Source of the DNA: Felis catus
Lineage: Eukaryota
Direction of reading: 5' to 3'
Assembly: GCF_018350175.1 (NCBI RefSeq)
Contig: NC_058369.1
Coordinates: 7,750,001 to 7,814,000 of the forward strand
Length of the DNA stretch: 64,000 nt
Part shown: one piece after another, positions 42,001-52,491 of the stretch
Layout: every line of letters starts with the position of its first letter
Numbering within the stretch: the first letter of the stretch is position 1
The notes under the pieces: model-generated
Told to the model about the DNA's origin: nothing
The model's input: only the letters and a program-made list of their open reading frames with translations
The model's database searches: none
Made by a program: the position numbers and the translations under genes

Positions 42001-43890
42001 AGAGAGGAAGCACTGGGCCTGGACCCTCCCAGCTTGAGGGACTGTCACCTCCTGCCACTAGCCCAACCCACACGCCCCACAAACCTGTCCCTTTGTATTT
42101 GTCCACAAAACAGTACTTGAGCTCATAGTCGCTGAGCAGGTCGTGCACTTCCTGCGGAGAAAGAAGCCAAAGGATACGGAGTCACCAGGGGCTGAAGGGA
42201 GCCACCCAGTGCCACCTCCACATGGACCAGCTAAGAAGGCAGATCAATTACCAGACCCGTTTTACAAAGGAGGAAACAGGCTCAAAGCAGTTACTTGTCC
42301 AAGGACGCTGAGGCCACTCCTGGCAGAGTTGGGATGCAGAGCCTAGCTGCAGACTCCAAGCTTTGAACTAACACAACACACCGAAGAGTAAGCTGGGTCT
42401 GAGTTCAAGACCCACCTCTGCGGTATGCCCCTTAGGGAAATAATTTCAACCCATCTGAACTTCAGTTTTCAAGTCTGACTCTTTCCAACAACCGGACAAA
42501 TTACGCATTAGCCCATTTTGTAGATGAAAAAAAAAACCTGAGGCTCAGAGAGGCAAAGGAACATGTCCAAAGTCATGCAGTTGGTCAGGGCAGCAGAGGG
42601 AATGCCACCCAGGGGTACCTGACTGGGGACCCTGTGTGCTTAATAAGGCCACACTGCATGGCTTCACCTGCCTCCCAATTCCCTCGGGCTGACAGGGCTG
42701 GCCTTCTTGCAAACCAACGTTGAGGGCAAGCTCTGAGCCAGCTAATGCCAGACACACTGTGCACCCCGCGGGAGATAAAGTGTTCTCACCGGAGAGACGG
42801 TAAGCACTAGGAGGACCAGCTCTAGAAAAAAACTAGACCATGCTTAGTGGCACCTGACCTAGGTCTGTCGCCAAGTCACACCCCTTCCCTTCTGGGACTC
42901 CACCAGCCATGTGCCTACCTACGGGCACGGAGAGTCAGTGGCAGATGTGCGGATGGGTCAGAGAGCAGAGATTTTTCAGCAGCAGGGAGAAGGAACCCAT
43001 CCCACTGCGGCGCGGCAGGGCAGGGCCGACTAGATGCAATCTCCTTGGGTCCAAAGAGCACTGGGAAGCCCTGCCCCATGTAGGCCCCAAAAGAAGGGCA
43101 CCTCGGGCCAGATTAGTGTGAGGTGGGGGGCAAAGAACAGTGCCCCCCCCCCCCTTTCCTGCAGGTCTTTGAGCTGGGGACAGGAGTCTCTATTTTTCCA
43201 AATTAATCCAGGGGCTTTGGGGAAGAAAAGACCCCAGAAACTACTACAACTTCCGGATCTCTCAGAGGAGTCGATAAACGCGTGCTACGGAAAGGCTTAC
43301 TCTAGCCAACCCTGAAACTTCTGGATACGAGGTCCCGCCACCCCAAGGTAGAGGGGGTGGGGAAAAACACAATCAGAGGAAGGACCAACTGCCATCCCTA
43401 CTTCCACGGCCCCACTATAGCAGCCCATTCACAATTCCCAACAAGGCCAAAGTTGCCCGCCCCCTTCCATTCCCTGTCCCCTGAGATAACTTGGTTTCGT
43501 CCAAGCCCGTGGTCGCCCCTAGCAACGTCCTCCCTCACTCCAAAGTTGGTTTCTCCTTCCATCACCGCCCCCCCATTCTGCTCTTGGTTTCTCCCGAACC
43601 CGCACAGATCCCGCGCTTGGACTCTCCCGCCGACGCCCCTCAACGGAGCCCAGTGTTGGTGTCGCCCGGTTCCCCCCGCGCACGCGCACGGTGGTATTTC
43701 CCGCCACGCTCCCCCCCCCCCCCCATACCTGGTTGGTCACGTCCCCCGGGAGGCCCCGGATCAGTATCTTGCGGCGGTTACGGAACTGGCGCTCGGTATG
43801 TTCTAGGCGTTTCCGGATCTCCTCTGGATCTAGCGGCGGCAGTTCTTCTTCGGGTGCCCGGCGCTCCGCGACATCGTCAGCTTCAACCTC
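30054..43890 (-). CDS. RAVER1: RAVER1 (PTB-binding RRM protein); ATG hidden in N-gap. Exons (gap)-43729, 42151-42085, 39533-39064, 35126-34935, 34758-34629, 34285-34191, 33289-33202, 32908-32697, 32593-32288, 31516-31442, 30935-30794 (frameshifted as given), 30381-30298, 30200-30054
   Basis: Three RRMs ([15 protein letters not shown]..., LLCVANLPP...[16 protein letters not shown]). Four PRI motifs: [29 protein letters not shown]-terminal basic YLKRKRIF*. All exons have canonical splice sites. Confidence 0.95.
31200..31408 (+). mobile_element. MLT1-like (ERVL-MaLR) LTR fragment in RAVER1 intron 10
   Basis: Ends in the MaLR-type ...TTGTTATGCAGCACAGGCTAACTGATACA. Confidence 0.55.
36298..36763 (+). 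mobile_element. Two tandem Can-SINEs in RAVER1 intron 3
   Basis: Heads at ~36300 and ~36558, each with an A tail. Confidence 0.9.
41258..41487 (+). mobile_element. Can-SINE in RAVER1 intron 2
   Basis: SINE body with a long A tail. Confidence 0.88.
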
Positions 43891-44146
43891 NNNNNNNNNN
43901 NNNNNNNNNNNNNNNNNNNNNNNNNNNNNNNNNNNNNNNNNNNNNNNNNNNNNNNNNNNNNNNNNNNNNNNNNNNNNNNNNNNNNNNNNNNNNNNNNNNN
44001 NNNNNNNNNNNNNNNNNNNNNNNNNNNNNNACAGGAGAAGCCCCACCTCCTTTTCCACCCCCTCGGCCCATTGGCTAAGGCCCAGCCCGCCTCTCAAGAG
44101 TTCAAGCCGCTTCTGGGCGCCACAGGCCCCACCCCTTTCTGCCAAT
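43480..44146 (-). promoter_or_regulatory. RAVER1 CpG-rich promoter with two CCAAT boxes
   Basis: CpG-dense; ATTGG at 44070-44074 and CCAAT at 44142-44146. Confidence 0.6.
43891..44030. other. Assembly gap (140 N)
   Basis: Run of N in the sequence; covers the expected RAVER1 start codon. Confidence 1.
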
Positions 44147-44162
44147 AAGTTGTCACTCAAAG

Positions 44163-44610
44163 AGGGGCGCCTGGGTGGCTTAGTCGGTTAGGCATCCGAC
44201 TTCCGCTCAGGCCATGATCTCACAGTCCGTGAGTTCGAGCCCCGCGTTGGGCTCTGTGCTGACAGCTCAGAGCCTGGAGCCTGCTTCGGATTCTGTGTCT
44301 CCTTCTCTCTCTGCCCCTCCCCTGTTCATGCTCTGTCTCTCTCTGTCTCAAAAATAAATGTAAAAAATTAAAAGAAATTTGGGGTGCCTGCATGGCTTAG
44401 TCGGTTGAGCATCCGACTTCGGCCTAGGTCATGATCTTGCAATTTGCAGTTTGTGAGTTCGAGCCCCATGTCAGGCTCTGTGCTGACAGCTCGGAGCCTG
44501 GAGCCTGCTTCAGATTCTGTGTCTCCCTCTCTGCTCCTCCCCTATTCACACTGTCTCTCTCTGTCTCTCAAAAATATATAAATGTAAAAAAAAAAAAAAA
44601 AGATTAAAAA
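44163..44610 (+). mobile_element. Two tandem Can-SINEs between the ICAM3 3' end and the RAVER1 promoter
   Basis: Heads at 44164 and 44391; outer 16-bp TSD AAGTTGTCACTCAAAG. Confidence 0.92.
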
Positions 44611-44696
44611 AAGTTGTCACTCAAAGGACGCAAAGCACAGTGGGTGAGCTCCTTAGCGCAAGTGGAATCAAGCAACAGACTCCGGATTTTCAGGGC

Positions 44697-44702
44697 TTTA
44701 TT
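44697..44702 (-). terminator. ICAM3 polyA signal
   Basis: AATAAA on -, ~67 nt past the stop codon. Confidence 0.8.
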
Positions 44703-44768
44703 GGTGTGGAACCGGGGATACAGCCAAACCCCTATCGTCGTTGGTCCAGCATCCCCCAGGTTCGAAGC

Positions 44769-47377
44769 TCAGGACGGCCCCTCCCCCACAGCCTCCTCGG
44801 GCTGCCTAGACGTCAGGGGCAACCAAGTGCTCCCCTGGTTCACTTGGTAAATGTCACTCCTCTTCTGCAACCCGAAGACGTACACTAAGGCCGCAGTGGT
44901 AGTCACCAACCCCAGGATCACTAACACCACCATGACGATGGTGACAGCATGGGCATTCCGACCTATGCAGAGAAGCAAGGAGTATAAACACACGCACTCT
45001 CCCCGCGTGGGTTGCCCATCTGCATCCGCAACCCCGTTTTGGCTCACCCTGAACGTTCATCACCACGGTCACAGTGTGTGTGCCTCGAGAGCTGACCGCC
45101 CGGCAGGAGTAGGTACCACTATAGTTTAACATGACGGTAAATGGAATCCCGACGGGCACCTCATTCTGGGAGCCTTCCTGAAAACAGTGCAACTGGGGGT
45201 CCGGATTGCCCCGGGCCTGGCACCGCAGGACATTGGTGGTTCTGTCTTTCCACGTCAAGCGCTGGGGACATTTGGCTTGGTCAATCTTGGGACCGTCTAT
45301 GAAACGGTCAAATGATTAGACAGACTGGAGTCACAGCGTGGCAAGGAAGAGTAATGTCTTCCCACCAAACAAGGGGAGCAAGGGTTTAAAGGTCAGAGTG
45401 ACCTACTCACACAGAACACGCAACTGGACGCTCCTGTTCCTGTGTAAGATCTCCCTGTCCACCTCGAGCGTGGCATTGCAGGAGAAGTTGCGCCTGTCAT
45501 CCCTCTCGGTGGCGATTAGCTGAAGCTGGGCAGGCTGGCCAGGGGCCGCAGCCGGAACTCCGTCCAGCGTGACCTGGACTCGGGCCCCGGCCGCGCAAGT
45601 CACAGTCACTTTGGTCCCCTCAGAGGCGCTGGACTCACTCAGGTTTAGGATGGGCCCCCAGAAGCCTAAAAGCAGGGCCTTGCCCTGGAGTTTACTGACC
45701 ACCCACCTCACATCGGATCCCCGCCCTCCATAACACCTGTTTCGTCTCGAGGTATCAGGCCATGCCTTTCTGCTACTCTGCGGGTCCCCACCGCCTACCC
45801 CCCCCCCGCCCCCTTCCAACTTGGGACACTTGGGCTATACCCTTAGTTACTTAGACCCCGCCCACACTACAACCCCTCCCACTCTGGAGGCTCAGGCCCC
45901 ACCTCTCCAGTCTAGTCTTCGTCATCTGTGCGGCGCCACTCGGCTACCGAGGCCGCGCCCCTTGTCCCGCCTGTCGAGCCGTCTTGGCTCCGCCCCCTCT
46001 TACGGTAGATGGTCAAGTTCTCTCGGGCCTCCCGGCTGTCGCTCCCCAATGTCAGGTTGCAGACAATCTCCCGAGCGCCCTCCTGCTCCGCGCTCGCTGT
46101 GACTGTAGCTGTGGCCGTGATCGTATCCCCATGGCTCTCGACAGCAGGATTCAGCATCTGGTTCCCCAGCGCCAGTTGGACCTGGGCCTCGGAGGCCGGG
46201 AACAGCCGGTCCAAGGTGCAGTTCACGGACCATGTCGTTCCCACCTCCAAGAGCCGGGGGACAACGAGGTGTGGGGGGGTCACGGGCAGGGCTGCGGAGA
46301 AGGGCAGGCGTGAGCCGGAGGAGGGCTCCCAGAACCGTGAAAGGGTCTCCCCTTACCCCATGACTCGTTCAGTGCCCCCAACCACGGTCCTTTCCCAGAA
46401 TATCTTGCGGCCTGGATCACCCCCTACCCAGAATACACCCGCAGAGCCTTCTCGTAGGCTACCGCGGCCGCGAGTCTCCCAACGGAAGCTGTGCACGGCC
46501 CAGTAAGCCAAGGGCATGCCTTCCCAGAAGCCGTTGAGGTCCAGTCCACTCCGTTTTCCAAACCCTCCCGGCCAGGGCGCTTCTACTCTGGCTTAGCTCA
46601 TAACCCACCGTCCGCAGTCCCTTCCCTCACCGAAAGTTCGGAGCTGCCTGGGGGCCGAGCTGTTCTGGAACAGACCCAGCCCTCGGGACCGCAAGTCCAG
46701 TTCCGTGCGGCACGAGAAATTGGCGAGGTGGTCGTCTCTGCCCGCCAGCACCGTGACCGTGGCCTCGGCGGGCTCCCCGACGGCCGGCTGCCGGCTCAGC
46801 TCCTCCTCCCCGCGGAGCAGCACCACCGTGAGGTTGGTCCGGGGCGCCCCGCCGGCCACCTGGCAGCGCAGGGTAAGGTTTTCGCCCACGGGCTGCCAGC
46901 GGGGCAGGGGGGCCATCTCCACGCGCTCCGGGAACCCTGGGGTAGGGTTGGGGGTGGGGGAGAATTGCACTTAGCAGCCAGCCCTGCAACTCCCACCCCA
47001 GAGAGCAGAGAGGGGGCTGAGGGTGCCCCAGTGCAGAATTGAAATTTTGAATAAACCTGGAGAGCTTACTTAGTATGTGCCTGCAGAAGTGTTTGCTATT
47101 GTCATTTAGCATCATGATTATTATTTCCTGTTTCGTGGGACACCTTGCCAGGCACTGAAATAAAGTCAGATTTTCTGTTCTGGAGAAATTCACAGTTAAG
47201 GGAAGAAAAAAAAAAAAAAAGAAGAAGGAAGGAAGGGGACCAACTTATGACCACATACAACATTATTAGTACTCATAAAAGTTCCTGTTTATTTAGAGTT
47301 TTCGTTAGACTTTCCAATTTAAAAAAAATTTAAGTTTATTTATTTTGACAGAGAACAGAGCATATGAGCGGGGGAGG

Positions 47378-47417
<40 letters not shown>

Positions 47418-48621
47418 CCTCAAGCAGGCTTTGCGTGCAGTCAGCACAGAGCGTGCTGTGGGGCTTGAACTCACAGACTGTGAGATCATGACCTGAGCCA
47501 AAGTCAAGAGCCAACACTTTACTGACTGAGCCGCCCAGCCGCCCCTCCTATTCCAAATGTCATCCACCTTCATTCACAGGCAACCAAGTGAAATCTTCTC
47601 TATTATTCTTCTCCTTTACAGATGGAGAAACTGAGGCCCAGAGAGGCGAAGGTGAGATGACCTATCCAAGGACACATAGCCAGAAAGGGGCCCGGCTGGG
47701 TTTAGAAGGTGAGACTCCCAACTCCAGACCCGTGTATTCACCTGCCTCCTTTTTTTTTTTATATAATGTTTATTAATTTTTGAAGTGGGGGGCAGATGGA
47801 GAGTCCAAAGCTGACAGCAGACAGCCCAGTGCAGGGTTCGAACTCACGAACTGAACCATGAGATCATGACCTGAGCTGAAGTCCAGATGCTTAACTGACT
47901 GAGCCAGGTGCCCAGTCACCTGCCTCCTTGATGTCACATCTAGGGACTCCCATGGCTACTCCCAGCTTCTGGTCTGGACTCTGGCCTTGGCCTCTCCCAG
48001 AGCCTGGCCCCCGATCCATCCGAGGCTCTCCAGGCTCTTACCAGAGCAGCCTCTCAGGATGCTCTGACACAGTCACGAGGGACTCAACACCCCCAGGCTG
48101 GGTCCTCTCCCCGCCGCAACAGCAGTGTCCCTCTGAGGCACACGTACCAAACCCTGGGCCTCCTTCGGGAAACATCTCATACCCTCAACGATTTGAGCCC
48201 GGATCTCAGCTATATCACAGAGGCCCGTGCGCTGGCTGCCATGAAAAATATGTCACATCTTACTACAGGGAAGTGTAGCTTTTCAAAAGCTCCATGACAC
48301 CATTTCATTTTTATGAAAGACCTGCGTTAGTTAGTATTAACGGAAAGAAATTTGAAGAGTATTTCCGCTTTTAAGAAAAATGGCTGGGAATGCAAGCTGG
48401 TGCAGCCACTCTGGAAAACAGTCTGGAGGCTCCTCAAAAAACTAAAAATAGAACTACCCTACGACCCAGCCATTGCGCTACGAGGCATTTATCCACGAGA
48501 TACAGGTGTGCTTGTTTCGAAGAGACACATGCACCCCATGTTTATAGCAGCACTATCAACAATAGCCACAGTATGGAAAGAGCCCGAATGGCCATCGATG
48601 GATGAATGGATAAAGAAGATG

Positions 48622-48664
<43 letters not shown>

Positions 48665-50990
48665 GGAGTATTACTTGGCAATCAAAAAGAATAAAATCTT
48701 GCCATTTGCAACTACGTGGATGGAACTGGAGGGTATTACGCTAAGTGAAATTAGTCAGTCGGGGAAAGACAAATATCATATGACTTCGCTCCTATAAGGA
48801 CTTTAAGAGACAAGACAAAACAGATGAACATAAGGGAAAGGAAACAAAAATAATATAAAAACAGGGAGGGGGACAAAACAGAAGAGACTCATAAATATGG
48901 AGAACAAACTGAGGGTTACTGGAGGGGTTGGGGGAGGGTGGGTGGGCTAAATGGGTAAGGGGCGCTGAGGAATCTACTCCTGAAGTCATTGTTGCACTCT
49001 ATGCCAACTAACTTGGAGGTGAATTTTAAAAAAATAAAAAATAAAATTTAAAAAAATGGCAAAAAATGAAAATAGCATGCAGCTATACAGAGAGCAGTTA
49101 TACAGAGAGCAGGCACCCTGCACGGGGAGGGTGGTGCCACCAGGCTCCCTTCCCGGGATTGCACTCAGCATCTCAGCCGCAAGTCCCCGGGGCTCTGACC
49201 TATGTCTGTGAGCATCAGTGCTTTATCTCCATTTATTTTGCGCATCCGTTAGCAGGATGTGTCCTAAGGTCTCAGGAAAGACTAGGAGGGGCGCCTGGGC
49301 GGCTCAGTCAGTTAAGCGTCGGAGTCTTGATTTTGGCTCAGGTCATGATCTCATGGTTTGTTGAGTTCAAGCCCCGCACTTACAGCATGGAGCCTGCTTG
49401 AGATCCTCTCTCTCCCTCTCTGTCTCTCTCTGCCCCTCCTCCGGGAGCATGTGCTCTCTCTCAAAATAAAGTAATAAGCTAAAAAAAAAAAAAAGCCTAG
49501 GGGAGGTTATTTTTGGGGTCTGGGAATGCTCACCATTTTTTCAATATAAATTAATTGGTTTTTCACTTTCTATCATTTTGACTTATAAAAAGTTTCATAG
49601 GAATGCTTTACTTTCGGACAGTAGGAGAAACCTTTATTTACGATTTTAGAATATTTAACAAAGAGGCCCCATCGGGGCACCACAGGTCAGAGATGATGAT
49701 AGGCCAGCAAATGCCAGGAATGCTCGGGAACTCGGGGTTGGGGTGCGGTGGGCTAGCCGCAATATGGAGCATACGCCAATTTCTACCGTGAAAACACGGT
49801 GAGGTGAGGTGAGGTGAGGACAGTCGGCTCCGGTGAGACAGGACCTACAGGCTCCCGCAGAGCCCTGGACAGAGGCATCTGGAACACACACAAATGTACG
49901 CCCTATACAGAAATGCGGACACAAAGATATGAATGCAGCGACATGTACTGACACAGACATCCACGGCCACTCACACATGGACACACACACTGACATAGGA
50001 AACACGCTTACACAGATATACACACAGGTGTGGATACTGACGTACACAGACATGTACATTCACATTCACACTCAGATACACACACACAGACACGCGTGTG
50101 CACTCACACAGACACACAGAGATGATGACACACATACAGACGCTCACAGACACGCACACAGGTACACAAAACGGATACTGGCCCACAGCAGGAGCCTACA
50201 CACGGTCACACGCACACACTACACTTATCTAGGAAGGCTTCACAAAACGGTAGGTTCCACGAGTGTCCATACTCTATTTTCTCGTCTACTGTATTCTTTT
50301 AAGTGCAGAGGGATTCTGGCAGGAACCATAAGAAACAGGGGACACCCGGGTGGCTCAGTCGATTAAGCATCCGACTTCAGCTCAGGTCATGATCTCACGT
50401 GATTCATGAGTTTGAGCCCCGTATTGGGCTCTGTGCTGACAGCTCAGAGCCTGGAGCCTGCTTCATGTGTCCTCCCTCTCTCTGCCCCCTCCCCACTGGT
50501 TCTCGCTCTCTATCTTAAAATAAATAAATAAACAGAAAAAAAAAAGAGAGAAAGAAACTAGTAACAGAGGGGTCTGGGAAGGAAGACTCATCTATTAGGA
50601 ACAAGGGCTTGAGGGCCAGACTACCCACTTCTCCAGGCTATGAACCCTGACAAGCAACTTTACCCCGTTGAGGCTTAAATTCCTCATCTGTGAAATGGGG
50701 CTCCTAAGTGTACCTCCCCTGCCTGGGAGACTTCTTAAAGACTGAATGAACCCCTAGTGTCCACATTTAAAACAGTGACCACTCGCAGCCAGCACAAGGC
50801 AATGGAGGTTTAACACACACCTTTTTATACTTTTGGGTTTTGGAACCACATGCATGAATGATTAACTGCTGTGAAAATACAAGTAATACATAAAAGACAC
50901 GAGGTATCATTTAAGAATCCTTGTTGGGACGCAAGTTGATTTCACAGCTGCTGCCCCGGCATATGGTTGAGATGTATCTCTCTGTCTCCG

Positions 50991-51072
<82 letters not shown>

Positions 51073-52121
51073 TCAGGTCCAAGCTCTGGGTCAGAGCCCT
51101 CGTTCCTTTCTGGAGACTCAGGGTTCCCTGCTCCCCTGCACCACTGGCCATGTACCCCCACTACTGCCCAAGGCCAGTGCCACCTCCAAGCCACAATCAC
51201 TCACGGTATACTGTGATGTCAGAGGAGGCTGTCATCTGGAAGCCATCGCAGAAGCCGGAGCAGAGGACCTGGCTGTCACTGGTCACACTGCTGAGCTGGA
51301 AAGCTGCCCAGCCCAGGCCATTGCCCACTGGCTTCTTGGGTAGGGATGTCTCCAGGGTGATGAGTTTGGGCTTGGGGCAATCCGTGCTGCAGTTCACCAA
51401 GAAGGACCCTCCTGCAGGCAGCACGGGGTTCTGGGGCTCCACCCTCAGTGGGAACTTCTGCCCCTGGGCACCTGTGGGAACAGAGGGACACCGCTGTTTG
51501 TTCCGGTGCCTCAATCTACCCTTCTGCAGGCCCCACCTTTTCACATCACCTCCCTGCCTTCATGGTACTTCAGTCCGGTGGGGAAGACGGATGATTGGTC
51601 AGGAACTGGGGAAGCCTCCGAGGAAGGCTAGGGGAGACCCTGATCCAGACTGTAGGAGGAAGCATGTCAAGGAAAGCTTCCTGGAGGAGGGGACAAATCG
51701 GGCCAGTTCGGAAGGGAAAGTAAGAATTGGTTATCTGAGTGAAAGGGAAGTGATCCTGGCAGAGGGAAAAGGAGAGACAGAGGTCCAGGGAGGGACTGTG
51801 TGTGTGTGTGTGTGTGTGTGCACGCGCGTTGGGGTAGGAGACAAGTCACAGGCAGGGGAGCCCTGAAGGCTGAGTTAAGGAAGCCATAACTTTCTGTTGA
51901 GGCCAGTGATGAGCCCCCTGTCAGGTGGGAGTTTAAGGAAGTGTTGCGGCAGCCAGGATGTGGGAAGCTTTGCTCTCTCCATTCCCCCACCCTCCCCTGA
52001 TCCCCCAACTCCAGCCCTCCCCAGGCTGACTTGCCTCACCTGGGGGCAGCAGACAGCAGACCAGGAGCAGGGAGATAAGTGTGGTCCTGCAGGCCCCCCG
52101 CAGCAGCCCCGAGGGTGACAT
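44769..52121 (-). CDS. ICAM3: Intercellular adhesion molecule 3, 546 aa. Exons 52121-52040, 51471-51205, 46936-46631, 46291-46004, 45665-45411, 45296-45048, 44962-44769
   Basis: Five phase-1 Ig exons; D1 [24 protein letters not shown]...LETSL; tail with YQV...[19 protein letters not shown]; 1641 nt in frame; lies between TYK2 and RAVER1. Confidence 0.97.
46631..46936 (-). repeat. Inverted repeat arm 2 (ICAM3 D2 exon)
   Basis: See arm 1. Confidence 0.97.
47325..47915 (-). mobile_element. Two Can-SINEs in ICAM3 intron 2 (~47325-47545, ~47750-47915)
   Basis: Reverse-complement SINE heads and T-rich tails. Confidence 0.8.
48385..49051 (+). mobile_element. 5'-truncated carnivore L1 (ORF2 C-terminus plus 3'UTR)
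   Basis: Translates [31 protein letters not shown]...; A-rich tail; TSD AAAAATGGC at 48376-48384 and 49052-49060. Confidence 0.92.
48623..48662. repeat. (CA)20 microsatellite inside the L1
   Basis: Read directly from the sequence. Confidence 0.95.
49287..49495 (+). mobile_element. Can-SINE nested in the Tigger-like relic
   Basis: SINE head and A tail; approximate TSD AAAG(A/C)CTAGG. Confidence 0.88.
49870..50230. repeat. Degenerate CA-rich low-complexity tract
   Basis: Imperfect CA/ACAC runs over ~350 bp. Confidence 0.8.
50339..50545 (+). mobile_element. Can-SINE in ICAM3 intron 2
   Basis: SINE head and A tail. Confidence 0.88.
50995..51070. repeat. Compound microsatellite (TCTG)n(TC)n(AC)n
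   Basis: Read directly from the sequence. Confidence 0.95.
51797..51820. repeat. (TG)n microsatellite in ICAM3 intron 1
   Basis: Read directly from the sequence. Confidence 0.9.
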
Positions 52122-52137
52122 CGTGGCCAGCCTGCAG

Positions 52138-52145
52138 GAGGAAGT
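52138..52145 (+). promoter_or_regulatory. Ets/PU.1-type motif at ICAM3 5' end
   Basis: GAGGAAGT, 17 nt upstream of the ICAM3 ATG; consistent with leukocyte expression (inference). Confidence 0.45.
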
Positions 52146-52491
52146 TGCCTTAATGAGGTGCAAGGCAGTGGGGAGCAGGCGGGGCACCCCGGGGGGACGG
52201 AAGCACACCCACGGTGGTTACAATTACAGAAGTCCAGGGGCTGCTCTTTGCCCCGACCTGGGGAAGGGCAGAGGGGATGTTCTGTGGCCCAGAGGGTCCA
52301 GAGTGGGGGACCTAGCGACGACGTGGAGGGTGCTGCTGGGTCGTGGAAGGGGCAGACCTGACTTAACACCGCTGGCCTCTAAATGCACTGACAGGAAATG
52401 CTAACTGCAGTCGGCTTCCTTTGTTCTCAGCACAAGGAAGACACCTCCTTCCTGATGAACTTGGGTGAAGGGGGGTGTCCTGTTCCCAGAG

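Larger units (their letters stand above)
48266..49634. mobile_element. Tigger-like (TcMar) DNA-transposon relic, interrupted by an L1 and a SINE
   Basis: Aligns by eye with the uninterrupted copy at 53169-53654; starts TA-CAGG and ends GAGAAACCT-TTA. Confidence 0.7.

Noticed and set aside
48352-48744. 130-aa ORF with L1 ORF2 similarity
   Set aside because: 5'-truncated L1 fragment disrupted by (CA)20; non-functional.
50967-51866. 299-aa + strand ORF
   Set aside because: It starts in a microsatellite, is antisense to ICAM3 exon 2, and has no recognisable domain.
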